Made by a program: the position numbers and the translations under genes. A stretch of 61,796 nt of DNA, counting the filler, from Candidatus Eiseniibacteriota bacterium (GTDB taxonomy: Bacteria > Orphanbacterota > Orphanbacteria > Orphanbacterales > Orphanbacteraceae), in assembly GCA_043809585.1 (NCBI GenBank). It is 5 parts of 5 records of this genome, joined end to end, with 100 filler letters (N's around TTAATTAATTAA, not from the genome) between each part and the next. Parts side by side here need not be neighbours in the genome. Positions count along the whole stretch, not along the records: positions 37,075 to 45,762 come from JBDROZ010000108.1; positions 45,863 to 58,769 come from JBDROZ010000111.1; 3 more parts are not named here. One strand, 5' to 3'. Positions 39,083 to 48,638 of the stretch are shown piece by piece. Below the pieces are notes generated by a model that did not search any database, was not told the origin of the DNA, and worked only from the letters and a program-made list of their open reading frames with translations. Within the stretch, counting starts at the first letter, position 1. Each line of letters opens with the position of its first letter.

Positions 39083-41040
39083 TCGCGCGGAGGTGGTCCA
39101 TGATCCGTTCGCTGACACGGTCGCTGGTGGTGCTCCTGGTCTTCGGCGGCGTTTCCCTTTCGGGAGCCGAGACCGGGGGGGAAGAGGATCTCCTCTTCGG
39201 GGAAGGGGAGAGGGTGATCACGCCGGCGCGGCACAGTCTCACCGTGTCGGACGCGCCGGCTTCGGTCACCGTGATCACGGAAGAGGACATCGCCTCTTCC
39301 GGAGCACAGACGATCACCGACCTGCTCCGGGAGGTGCCGGGACTCGAGGTGTTCGCCGTCTCTCCCACGGACGTGAACGTCGGCGTCCGGGGGTACAACG
39401 GAACGCTGGCGAACAAGATGCTCGTCATGATCGACGGGCGGTCGGTCTACGAGGACTTCTTCGGGTTCGTCGTTTGGCAGACGATTCCCGTTTCCCTCGA
39501 GGAGATCAAACAGATCGAGGTCGTGCGGGGCCCGGGTTCCGCCGTGTACGGGGCGAACGCCTACGGCGGCATCATCCACATCATCACCAAATCCCCCCGG
39601 GAGCTGGCCGGCACCTCGGTACTTCTCCAGCACGGCGTGGAGGGAGGGCAGGAGGAGGTGGCCGTCACGCGGGCCGGAGGCGCACCGGGCGGGACCGACT
39701 TCAAGAGCTTTCTTTCCTGGCGGCGGTCCGGCACCCACGGAATCGAGGAATCGGGCGACAGCCCCGAGGGGGTGCGGGGCTCGTTCACCCTCGCCCGTCC
39801 GGTCGGCAGGCGGTCCCAGTTCTCCCTCAGCGGAGGATTCGACGACGGCGAGGGGGTCGCGCTCAACGGCCTCGGCGTCTTCGACTACCAGAACCAACAT
39901 GTCTACGGAAGCGCCGGGTTCGAGAACCCCGAGTTCCGCGGGCACCTCTACTGGAACCGGAACCGGCACGATACGTACGCCGACGTGATCGCCGATCCGA
40001 ACCACGAGCCGGAGTTCCGGGACATTCAGGCGGACCTCGTGAACCTGGACCTCCAGTGGATGCGCCGGGGATGGTCCGACGTCTACTGGGTGGCCGGGGC
40101 GAACGCCCGTTACCTCGTCTTCGAATCGGGATTCACGGAAGGGAAGAAGGACCAGGAGCTGGCGGGCCTCTACGGCCAGGCGGAGAGGACGTTCCGGGAG
40201 CGGAGCGACGTGACGGTCGGCCTCCGGGCGGACCACCATCCGGAAACCGGCATATCCCTCTCCCCCCGGGCGAGCCTGGTCCACCGCTTCGAAGGGCGGC
40301 GGTACATTCGCTTCTCCGTCGGCCAGGCGTACCGGAGTCCGACGCTGATCGAGAACTACCTCTTCGTAGAGAATGTGACGGTTGTCGAGGGGGAGGGAAT
40401 CCCCACCGCGAACGCCGTAGGCAATCCGGATCTCAAGACCGAACGGGTCCTCTCCTACGAAATGACCTATGGAGTGCCCCTCGGGCATCGGGCTTTTCTC
40501 AGGCTCGAGGGATTCCGCAATGAAAACCGGGATTGGATTCTCTGGAAACCGACCTCTTACTACTCGGAGGCGGAGGTGGGGCCTTATCTCGGGGGAGTGC
40601 TTCCCAAAACCCTCGGCTACGAGAATGTGTACGACGTGACGAGCCACGGGGCGGAGGTGGCCCTCGATTTCCGCTGGAACCCCGATTGGGAGACCCGGGT
40701 CGGCTACAGTTACGTGGACTACGAGAACCGCGACGAGATCCCCCCCGAGTTCGTCTTCATGCCGGAGCATAAGGTGAGCGTTCAGGTGACGGGGCGCCCC
40801 GCCCGCTCTCTGCGGACCACCGCGGCCGCTCACTACCGGACGGAGGCGCGGTTCGGCGACGACGCCGAACCGATCCCGGAGCAGGTGACCATGGACGGGG
40901 CGATCCGGTACGACTTCCTCTACTCGAGGATCTCCACCGAACTGGCCGTGCAGAACCTGTTCGATTCTCGGTACGAGGAGCATCCGGAGGGGGAGACCTT
41001 CGGCCGCCGAGTCTACGCCCGGCTCCACTACCGTTTCTAG
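39079..41040 (+). CDS. TonB-dependent receptor
   Basis: Plug motifs APASVTVIT, LREVPG, VMIDGR, IEVVRGPGSAVYGANA; C-terminal NLFD...YRF. Confidence 0.95.
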   Translation: MIARRWSMIRSLTRSLVVLLVFGGVSLSGAETGGEEDLLFGEGERVITPARHSLTVSDAPASVTVITEEDIASSGAQTITDLLREVPGLEVFAVSPTDVNVGVRGYNGTLANKMLVMIDGRSVYEDFFGFVVWQTIPVSLEEIKQIEVVRGPGSAVYGANAYGGIIHIITKSPRELAGTSVLLQHGVEGGQEEVAVTRAGGAPGGTDFKSFLSWRRSGTHGIEESGDSPEGVRGSFTLARPVGRRSQFSLSGGFDDGEGVALNGLGVFDYQNQHVYGSAGFENPEFRGHLYWNRNRHDTYADVIADPNHEPEFRDIQADLVNLDLQWMRRGWSDVYWVAGANARYLVFESGFTEGKKDQELAGLYGQAERTFRERSDVTVGLRADHHPETGISLSPRASLVHRFEGRRYIRFSVGQAYRSPTLIENYLFVENVTVVEGEGIPTANAVGNPDLKTERVLSYEMTYGVPLGHRAFLRLEGFRNENRDWILWKPTSYYSEAEVGPYLGGVLPKTLGYENVYDVTSHGAEVALDFRWNPDWETRVGYSYVDYENRDEIPPEFVFMPEHKVSVQVTGRPARSLRTTAAAHYRTEARFGDDAEPIPEQVTMDGAIRYDFLYSRISTELAVQNLFDSRYEEHPEGETFGRRVYARLHYRF

Positions 41041-41064
41041 GAAGCCGGTCGTCGGGGGCGCAGC

Positions 41065-41970
41065 ATGAGTTCTCATCGGGCAATCGCGGCTCTCGGGATC
41101 CTCCTCGCGTCGGCCGGTGCCGGCGGCGCCACGGAGATCGCCGCCGTCATGTCGAGCGGCATCGAGCCGTACGCCGTCGCCTACGAGAGTTTCGTCGAGG
41201 CGTGCCCCGCCAACCACTGGGTGACCGATCTCTCCGAGACGGACATCCCGGACGACAGGATTCTCCGCGACATCCTCCGGAAGAAGCCGGATCTGATCGT
41301 GGCCATCGGATCCCGGGCCTTCCAGGCGGCGCGGGAGGCGACGGACCGCGTCCCCATCGTGTTCCTCATGGTTCTCGAGCGATCGGCCGATCCCCGGGCC
41401 TCGAACGTCGCCGGGGCGAGCATTCGGATCGACCCGGAAGACGAGATGGAATACGCGAGTCTCCTCTTTCCGGAGTTGCGCCGGATCGGCGTCATCTACG
41501 ACCCCGAGAACTCGGCCCACGTCGTCGAGGAGGCGGCCCGGGCGGCGAAGGCCCGCGGGCTCGAGCTCGTCGGCCGGGAGGCCTCTTCGATCGCCGGGAC
41601 GTTCCAGGCCATGCGGGACATGGAAGGCGAAGTGGACGGGTGGTGGATGATCCCGGACCGGACGACGCTCACTCCGGAAACCGCGGAGTACCTGATCGTG
41701 GATTGCCTCCGCCGGGGGGCGCCGCTCATCGCGCCGGCGAAGAAATACGTGGAACAAGGGGCTCACATCGCCCTCGTGCCCGAGTACGCGGGGATCGGGC
41801 GGACCGGGGCCGCCGTGGCCTTGCAGATCCTCGCCGGGCGGCGCCCGGCGGAGATCGGCACGGTGTACGCCGGCGAATTCCGGGTGGTCGTCAACGAACG
41901 AACGAGCCGGGAAGCGGGCGTTTCGATCGGGGGGGTCTTGGCGAGCCGGGTGGATTATCTCGGACGCTAG
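41065..41970 (+). CDS. ABC_sub_bind-type periplasmic binding protein
   Basis: Signal peptide; PDLIVAIGSRA, RRIGVIYDP, WMIPD. Confidence 0.8.
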   Translation: MSSHRAIAALGILLASAGAGGATEIAAVMSSGIEPYAVAYESFVEACPANHWVTDLSETDIPDDRILRDILRKKPDLIVAIGSRAFQAAREATDRVPIVFLMVLERSADPRASNVAGASIRIDPEDEMEYASLLFPELRRIGVIYDPENSAHVVEEAARAAKARGLELVGREASSIAGTFQAMRDMEGEVDGWWMIPDRTTLTPETAEYLIVDCLRRGAPLIAPAKKYVEQGAHIALVPEYAGIGRTGAAVALQILAGRRPAEIGTVYAGEFRVVVNERTSREAGVSIGGVLASRVDYLGR

Positions 41971-42148
41971 AATCGGTTTCACAACCTCCTTCGTCGCGAG
42001 ATCGAGCGAAAGGTCCGGCGGCAAGGATCAAGGGGGAAAACGCCCGGAGGTGGCCCAAGAAGGCCATTGAGGACGTTTTTACCCGAGTACGCAGCCGCCG
42101 GGCCTTGCAGCCGATCGCAGCAGAATGGAGGTTGTGAAACCGGTTCTA
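41968..42148. mobile_element. MITE family 2, complete copy (181 bp)
   Basis: TIRs TAGAATCGGTTTCACAACCTCC / GGAGGTTGTGAAACCGGTTCTA (one mismatch); no convincing coding capacity. Confidence 0.85.
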
Positions 42149-42212
42149 AGCCCGGTCCGGCCCGGGACCGAAAAGAGGAACGAACAACCCCTACGAGGGA
42201 GAGTGCCGGTCC

Positions 42213-42605
42213 ATGGCGGAAAACAGGAAGATACTGATCGTCGACGACGAACCTTTTATCCTGAAATCGCTCCTCTTCATCTTCAAGAGAGAGGGCTTCG
42301 ACGTGCTCTGCGCCATCAACGGCGAACAGGGGCTCGAGCTTCTCCGGGAGCACCGCCCCGCGCTCGTCTTCCTGGACATCATGCTCCCCGGGCGGGACGG
42401 CTATGACATTTGCCGGGAGATCAAGGAGGACGAGGAGCTGAAAGGAACGCACGTCGTGCTCCTCACGGCGAAGGGGCAGGAAGCGGACAAACAGCGTGCC
42501 TTCCAGATCGGCGCCGATGATTACGTGACGAAACCCTTCTCCCCGAGCCGGGTCGTCGAGAAGGCCCGGGCCGTCTTGGCGGACGCGGCCGCCTCGAAGG
42601 CGTAG
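42213..42605 (+). CDS. Single-domain response regulator (receiver)
   Basis: ILIVDDE, FLDIMLP, LLTAKG, GADDYVTKPF. Confidence 0.96.
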   Translation: MAENRKILIVDDEPFILKSLLFIFKREGFDVLCAINGEQGLELLREHRPALVFLDIMLPGRDGYDICREIKEDEELKGTHVVLLTAKGQEADKQRAFQIGADDYVTKPFSPSRVVEKARAVLADAAASKA

Positions 42606-42665
42606 ACCCTCCCGTCCCGCCGGTCAGAATCTCATCGAACCTTTGACACGCACTCCCCTTATCCC

Positions 42666-42861
42666 TTAACCTTGATCCGGCACAAAATCGCGAGTGAAAA
42701 CGCGCGAGAGTGCGTCAGATGCTGCAGCGCGGAGCATTCACCAAGCGGAGCATATCCAACGATATGTGAGCATCGGTGAATGCCGCGCCCTGCGGCAGAT
42801 GGCGTGCTATCGCGCGAGCGTCAGCGATTGGCACCGGGATTTTTTGCCGGATTAAGGTTAA
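42666..42861. mobile_element. MITE-like element family 3 (or structured ncRNA), TTAA-flanked
   Basis: 24-bp inverted ends TTAACCTTGATCCGGCACAAAATC / GATTTTTTGCCGGATTAAGGTTAA plus an internal hairpin. Confidence 0.65.
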
Positions 42862-43037
42862 TCTGTCCCTGCCGTTCGGACCATGCGGAGGACTCCGCCG
42901 CGAGCCGGAGGGGGAAGGTCTCCCATGGGCCGATGCGAGGACGCTCCCGTCCCCGATCCCGCCCCCCTCGTTCCCCGTCATCCACCCAGGCCGCCGGGAA
43001 GGGGAGAACGAAGACGCCCCGGCGGCGGAGGTTCGCG

Positions 43038-43475
43038 GTGCGCGTAGTTCTGCAGCGGGTCCGGAACGCGAAGGTGACCGTCGAGGGGGAGACGGTGGGC
43101 TCCATCGGGGAGGGGCTGCTCCTGCTCGCGGCGATCTCCCGGGACGATACGCCGGAGCGGGTCCTCAGGATGGCGGAGAAATGCGCGACGCTCCGCGTCT
43201 TCGCCGGCCCGTCCGGGCACTTCGACGATTCCGTGGAAGACCGGGGGGGGGCCATCCTCGCCGTCTCCCAGTTCACGCTTTACGGCGATTGCCGGAAGGG
43301 CCGCCGGCCGAGCCTTTCCCGCGCGGCGCCGCCCGAAGTCGCGGAGCCCCTCTTCGACCGGTTCGCCCTTGCCCTCCGGGAGAGAGGATTGGCGGTGGAG
43401 ACGGGGCGCTTCGGGGCGATGATGGGAGTCCATCTCCTGAACGACGGGCCGGTCACCTTTCAGCTGGAGACCTGA
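43038..43475 (+). CDS. dtd: D-aminoacyl-tRNA deacylase
   Basis: (M)RVVLQRV, VSQFTL, KGRRPS, NDGPVT. Confidence 0.97.
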   Translation: MRVVLQRVRNAKVTVEGETVGSIGEGLLLLAAISRDDTPERVLRMAEKCATLRVFAGPSGHFDDSVEDRGGAILAVSQFTLYGDCRKGRRPSLSRAAPPEVAEPLFDRFALALRERGLAVETGRFGAMMGVHLLNDGPVTFQLET

Positions 43476-43479
43476 TCCG

Positions 43480-44109
43480 ATGGAACGGCCCCGAGCGGCG
43501 GCTCCTCTCTGGCCCGATCTTCCCGGCGGCCTCGGCCTCGTTTCGACCTCGCCCCGGCGGGCGGAGCTTCTCCGGGCCGCGGGCGTTCCCTTTCGGGTGA
43601 TTCCCCCGGCCGAGGGTTCGGAGGGCGGGGGGGGAGACGGGAAGGGGGGGAAAGAAGACCCGGAGCGGCTCGCCGCGCTCCATGCGGAAGCGAAGGCCCG
43701 GTCGGTTCCGGAGGCGAGCGCGGGAATCCTGCTTGCCGCCGACACGGTCGTCGTTTCCCCGGGGGGGCGGATCCTCGGCAAGCCGGCGGACGGGGAAGAG
43801 GCGGCGGCCATGCTCCGGCTCCTTTCCGGCGCCGAGCACCGGGTCGTGACCGCCGTTTTCGCCCTTCGCCCCTCCGACGGGCGATGCGCCGGGGGGGCGG
43901 AAGGCACGGCGGTTCACTTCCGGGACCTCTCGGAAGAGGAGATCGGGGCGTACGTCGCCACCGGGGAGCCGATGGACAAGGCGGGGGCCTACGGAATCCA
44001 GGGGATCGGGGGGCTCCTCGTCTCCGGAATCCGCGGGTGCTACTTCAACGTCGTCGGCCTGCCCCTCGCGCGGACGCGGGAGATCCTCCGGGCCGTTCTG
44101 GAGGCGTAG
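43480..44109 (+). CDS. maf: Maf family nucleotide pyrophosphatase
   Basis: STSPRR, ADTVV, LGKP, DKAGAYGIQG, NVVGLP. Confidence 0.95.
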   Translation: MERPRAAAPLWPDLPGGLGLVSTSPRRAELLRAAGVPFRVIPPAEGSEGGGGDGKGGKEDPERLAALHAEAKARSVPEASAGILLAADTVVVSPGGRILGKPADGEEAAAMLRLLSGAEHRVVTAVFALRPSDGRCAGGAEGTAVHFRDLSEEEIGAYVATGEPMDKAGAYGIQGIGGLLVSGIRGCYFNVVGLPLARTREILRAVLEA

Positions 44110-44125
44110 GGAGGAGATCGGCAAG

Positions 44126-44545
44126 GTGCCGGTGAAGATGGTGGCCCTCGAGTACGAGACGACCGCGGGGGATGACGTCATCGACCTCACCGAGGACGTC
44201 CGGGCGGGCATCGCCGGGAGCGGCATGACCGAGGGGACGGTGACCGTCTTCGTCCCGGGCTCCACGGGGGCGGTGACGACCATCGAATACGAACCGGGCG
44301 TCGTCCGGGACCTCCGGGAGGCGGTGGAGCGGGCCGTGCCCCGAGACCTCCCGTACGCCCATGACGCGGCCTGGGGGGACGGCAACGGCTACTCCCACGT
44401 CCGGGCCGCATGGCTCGGCCCGTCGCTGACGGTCCCCTTCGCCGGCGGGCGGCCTGTCCTGGGAACCTGGCAGCAGATCGTGCTCTGCGACTTCGACAAC
44501 CGGCCGAGGCGGCGGCGGGTCGTGCTGCAGGTGATGGGGGAATGA
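44126..44545 (+). CDS. yjbQ: YjbQ / UPF0047 family protein
   Basis: GSTGAVTTIEYEPG, NGYSHVRA, LGTWQQI. Confidence 0.93.
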   Translation: MPVKMVALEYETTAGDDVIDLTEDVRAGIAGSGMTEGTVTVFVPGSTGAVTTIEYEPGVVRDLREAVERAVPRDLPYAHDAAWGDGNGYSHVRAAWLGPSLTVPFAGGRPVLGTWQQIVLCDFDNRPRRRRVVLQVMGE

Positions 44546-45606
44546 CGCTGAACCTCCCGGTGACCGTGGCGTGGACGGACGGTGGGGTTCGCGTGCTCGA
44601 TCAGACCCTCCTGCCGGGCGAGGTCCGGTATGTGACCTGCCGCACCGTGGAAGAGGCGGAGGAGGCGATCCGTTCCCTCCGAATCCGCGGCGCCCCCGCC
44701 ATCGGCGTGATGGCCGGCTTCACCCTCGCCCTGGCCCTCCGCATCGAGTCTCCCGGGGACCGGGCCGCGTTCCTCGAGACCGTCGAGCGCTACCGGCGGC
44801 GAATCGCCGAAGCGCGGCCCACGGCGGTCAACCTCGAATGGGCCTTGAAGCGGGTCACGGGCGTGGTGACGAGTTCCGACCTGGAATCGCCGACGGACCT
44901 CTTCGCCCTCCTCCTCGGCGAGGCGGAGCGCATCGCGGCGGAGGACCGGGAGCTGTGCGACGCCATCGGCCGGGCCGGGGCGGCCCTGGTTCCGGAAGGG
45001 GGGGGGGTGCTCACCCACTGCAACGCCGGGGCCCTGGCGACGGCGGGGAGCGGTACGGCCCTCGCGCCGCTCTACCGGGCGTGGGAGGAAGGGAAGCGGT
45101 TCGAGGTCTTCGCCGACGAGACCCGCCCCCTCCTGCAGGGCGCCCGCCTGACGGCGTGGGAACTCGGGGAGGCGGGAATCCCCGTGACGATCCTCTGCGA
45201 CGGGGCGGCGGCCTCTCTTCTCGCCTCGGGCCGCGTAGGGCTCGTCATCGTCGGGGCGGACCGGATCGCCGCGAACGGGGACACGGCGAACAAAATCGGG
45301 ACCTACGGCGTGGCTCTGGCGGCGGAAGCCCATGGGGTCCCTTTCTACGTGGCCGCCCCGGGATCCACCTTCGATCTCGCCTCGGCGGAGGGGTCCTCCA
45401 TCCCGATCGAGGAGAGGGAGGAGGGGGAGATTCGCGGCGTGCCGGGCGCGGTGTGGGCCGCCGAGAGGGCGCGGACGTGGAATCCCTCCTTCGACGTGAC
45501 CCCGGCGCGGTACATCCGCGGGTTCGTCACGGAGAAGGGAATCCTCCGGCCCCCCTTCGGACCGGCGATCCGGAGGGCGTACGGCCCCGAAGGGGGGAGC
45601 CCCTAG
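44542..45606 (+). CDS. mtnA: S-methyl-5-thioribose-1-phosphate isomerase
   Basis: LDQTLLP, IRGAPAIG, RPTAVNL, THCNAG, ETRPLLQGARLT, NKIGTY. Confidence 0.97.
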   Translation: MTLNLPVTVAWTDGGVRVLDQTLLPGEVRYVTCRTVEEAEEAIRSLRIRGAPAIGVMAGFTLALALRIESPGDRAAFLETVERYRRRIAEARPTAVNLEWALKRVTGVVTSSDLESPTDLFALLLGEAERIAAEDRELCDAIGRAGAALVPEGGGVLTHCNAGALATAGSGTALAPLYRAWEEGKRFEVFADETRPLLQGARLTAWELGEAGIPVTILCDGAAASLLASGRVGLVIVGADRIAANGDTANKIGTYGVALAAEAHGVPFYVAAPGSTFDLASAEGSSIPIEEREEGEIRGVPGAVWAAERARTWNPSFDVTPARYIRGFVTEKGILRPPFGPAIRRAYGPEGGSP

Positions 45607-45762
45607 CCTGGATTATGCACAAATCTCCTACTGCGATCTCGGATCGCCGCCTGCGAAGCCTCCTTTCCGTCGCCGCCTCCTCGACGTAGTGCATGACTAC
45701 GCCTCCGGTGGCGGCTCGTCCAAGTCAGCTTCTCGTCAGGCGATCCGAGCCCTCGTGACGGA
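45603..45762. mobile_element. MITE family 1 (right end cut by gap)
   Basis: Starts at the CTAG containing the mtnA stop; 45646-45762 matches 58870-58986 apart from one base. Confidence 0.85.
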
Positions 45763-45862
45763 NNNNNNNNNNNNNNNNNNNNNNNNNNNNNNNNNNNNNN
45801 NNNNNNTTAATTAATTAANNNNNNNNNNNNNNNNNNNNNNNNNNNNNNNNNNNNNNNNNNNN
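45763..45862. other. Artificial contig linker
   Basis: N run with TTAATTAATTAA. Confidence 0.98.
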
Positions 45863-46485
45863 CCACCCGCCCCGAAGTAGACATCGCGGCGGCGCCCGAG
45901 GAGGGGAATGTCCCGGTCGAAGAGGCTCCGCGGCAGATAGACGAGAAAGGTCCCGTCCGCTCCCAGCGCTTTTTCCGAGACGACCGCTCCAAATCCGGGC
46001 TCGCTGAGGGACAGTTCGACCCCTTCCGTCTCGAGTAGCGAAGAAGAACGAAGTCGCCAGAATCCCGCTTCGAAGCCGAGACGCGTTCCCCGGCCGAGAA
46101 ATATGGGGGTCGACTCGGCGGGAAAGTTCAGTCGAAAATCCACTCCGATTTCGTAGGCCCGTTTTTGCTCGCTGAATCCTTCGTCGGACCAGCGGATCAT
46201 GATTCCCGTAGCATCTTCAAACTCATCTGCGAATTCATCGAATACCGTCTTGATCGACTCGATCCCATCGGCCGTCGCTTCGGCGGTGGAGAAATCCCGG
46301 CTACCAGAGCCGATCATGATGGCGACGGAGAAGACGTGCTCCCTACCGGATCGATGGACGTCACCCTCGCTCGCGTCGGATCCTGGGTGTGCAAGGCGCT
46401 CTGTCGGCGTCGTTCCTTCATCGGCGTGCGTGAGTGAGGGGATGAGTGCCGGTATCAGAAGGAGAAGAAGAGTGGCGCGAATCAT
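45863..46485 (-). CDS. Exported hypothetical protein, possibly beta-barrel-like (3' truncated)
   Basis: Signal peptide MIRATLLLLLIPALIPSLTHA; amphipathic beta-strand-like segments. Confidence 0.6.
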
Positions 46486-46516
46486 TCCATAACTCCAAAG
46501 TTCAAGTCACGGAAGT

Positions 46517-46545
46517 ATTGTAGGTCAGGATCGATCCCATGTCAA
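46517..46545 (-). promoter_or_regulatory. sigma70-like promoter
   Basis: TTGACA-N17-TACAAT. Confidence 0.65.
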
Positions 46546-46738
46546 TGCCGAGGCGCCGAGAGCGTCTCGGAGATGCTACGGAAACGCCGCTGTCCCCACA
46601 GAGAATTCGTCCGCTCATGCCGTCACGGACCATCTCGCACCAAGGTCGGAGGGTCCGCCCCGCGGATCGGCTTCCTTCCCATCAGCGCTCCGAACTCGGC
46701 GACTTCGTAAATGGGTATCATGTCCCCCGCTTCCGAAA

Positions 46739-46767
46739 TTGACCGCCCGGCGGCGATCCGCTATAAT
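46739..46767 (+). promoter_or_regulatory. sigma70-like promoter
   Basis: TTGACC-N17-TATAAT. Confidence 0.65.
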
Positions 46768-46826
46768 CATATTCGTACTCTGCCCGTCCCCGGACAAGAA
46801 TCACTTCCAACCGAAGGGGGTAAACC

Positions 46827-48557
46827 ATGAGGCGCCCCACCCTCATCCTCTCCGCCCTCGCTCTTTCCCTGTTCCCGTTCTCCGTTCAAGGTGAAGTCCC
46901 GAGCGCGATCCTACTCGGCGGAGACGCCTTGCCCGGCGGGCCGCCGGGGCACACGATCACGGCCCTTAACAACACGGCCGTGAACCACGCCGGCGGATAC
47001 TCGGTAACCCTGAACAGCACCGACGGAGTGACGACGCTCAGTCACGCCTGGGGGAGTTCCTCCGGCGGTCCGGGCGGTGTCCTCTGGACGGAGGGGACAT
47101 TCGGCCAGTACCGGCAGGACTCGTGGGAATCGTTCTACGGCATGACCGACAACGGCGCGGTCGCCTACAGCCCGCTCTGCACGGACACGGGCACCGGGGT
47201 CAGCGGTCTCGACGCGGTCTACCTGAACGACAACAAGATCATGATCGAGAACGAACCCTACCCTCATCAGCCCGGGATGTACTGGACATTCGGAAGTCGG
47301 GCGGACGCGACGGCGGACGGGGTTCCCTACTTCGTCGGCGGGATCACCGTGAACCAGGGCGCCGCGACCACGAACCGGGGTTTGTTCTACGGACCCACGG
47401 CGACGCCCCTCCTTCTCGGGGGATGGACGGTCGCGGGCCTTCCGGACACGCTCGATCACAACGCGACGGTCAGCTTCGACTACCGTTTCTCGGCCCTCGG
47501 CACTCACTACACCGCCGAGGTGCAGACCGTGACCGGATTGACGACCAACGACAACCACGTCGTCATCGACGGCGCCGTGGCCCTTGCGGGCGGCTCGCCC
47601 GTGAGCGAGGCGTCCCCTGTTCCCCCGGGCGCGGGAGGGCTTCCGGGCGAGAACTGGGACAACTTCGACTTCATGGGCATCGACGAGGAAGGCCACTGGA
47701 TGTTCACCGGCGACACGGACGCGGACGTCGCCCTGGACGAGTTCATCGCGTTTGACGGCGCCATCCTCTTCCGGGAAGGGGACGGGGTGAGCGGCGAGGT
47801 TCTCTCCGGATCGATTGAAGGCGCCTACATGAACGAGCAGGAGGACATCGCCTACATCTGGGATATACAGAACAATCTATTGGAGGCCCTCTTCCTCAAT
47901 GATCGCATGGTCCTGAAAGAGGGCGACGAAGTCGACCTCGACGGCGACGGCATCCCGGAGGCGGGGACGGCGCTCCTCGATTTCACGGGAATCAGCACCC
48001 TCACCATGAGCGACCGGGACGGGAACGACGACGTCCGAATCTACTTCACCGCCAACGTGGAGGTTCCGGCCGCCCGGCTCGCTCCGGGCATGGAGATCGC
48101 GCGGGAGACCGGTGCGGACATTCGCTTCGGGGAAGGGTGGAGGGAAGAGCGGGGGATCGCCGAGGGCGACGATTCGGAGGAGTCCGGAGAGCCGGGTACC
48201 CGGGTGACCGTCGAGGGCTACTTCGTCGTGGTCGCCCCGGCGGTCGAAACCGGTGTCGCGGAAGGGGAGGGGATGCCTTATCCAACCGGGCGCCTCGACG
48301 CCTATCCGAATCCCTCGAAGGGAGAGTCGCGGATTCGCTTCCACATGCCGGAATCAGGACCGGCCGACCTCGACGTTTACGATCTCGCGGGCCGGCACGT
48401 CCGAACCCTCGCGACGGGGATCTTCCCGAGAGGCGAGCAATCCGTTCTTTGGGACGGGAGAGACGAGAACGGCCGGACCGTCGCGAACGGCGTCTATTTC
48501 CTGCGCTATCAGACGGGTGAGCGGGCGATGGCGCGGCGGATCACCCTCGTACGGTAG
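46827..48557 (+). CDS. Secreted hypothetical protein with FlgD/T9SS-like C-terminal domain
   Basis: Signal peptide; YPNPS...VYDLAGRHVRTL...WDGRDENG...NGVYFLR tail. Confidence 0.85.
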   Translation: MRRPTLILSALALSLFPFSVQGEVPSAILLGGDALPGGPPGHTITALNNTAVNHAGGYSVTLNSTDGVTTLSHAWGSSSGGPGGVLWTEGTFGQYRQDSWESFYGMTDNGAVAYSPLCTDTGTGVSGLDAVYLNDNKIMIENEPYPHQPGMYWTFGSRADATADGVPYFVGGITVNQGAATTNRGLFYGPTATPLLLGGWTVAGLPDTLDHNATVSFDYRFSALGTHYTAEVQTVTGLTTNDNHVVIDGAVALAGGSPVSEASPVPPGAGGLPGENWDNFDFMGIDEEGHWMFTGDTDADVALDEFIAFDGAILFREGDGVSGEVLSGSIEGAYMNEQEDIAYIWDIQNNLLEALFLNDRMVLKEGDEVDLDGDGIPEAGTALLDFTGISTLTMSDRDGNDDVRIYFTANVEVPAARLAPGMEIARETGADIRFGEGWREERGIAEGDDSEESGEPGTRVTVEGYFVVVAPAVETGVAEGEGMPYPTGRLDAYPNPSKGESRIRFHMPESGPADLDVYDLAGRHVRTLATGIFPRGEQSVLWDGRDENGRTVANGVYFLRYQTGERAMARRITLVR

Positions 48558-48638
48558 GGAGGGGCCGCTCGGATCAAATAGTACTTTGGCAATGAGTGGG
48601 GGACGGAGTCCACCCGAAACTCCGGCCGGTTCCGACAA

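Noticed and set aside
38902-42024. Very long antisense ORFs (1040 aa here; also 53781-56630, 34165-36522, 25051-27009)
   Set aside because: Shadow frames of real GC-rich genes on the opposite strand, with no recognisable motifs.
45646-45762. Direct join of the contig 3 end to the contig 5 start
   Set aside because: The overlap lies within a multicopy MITE and has one mismatch, so adjacency cannot be inferred.
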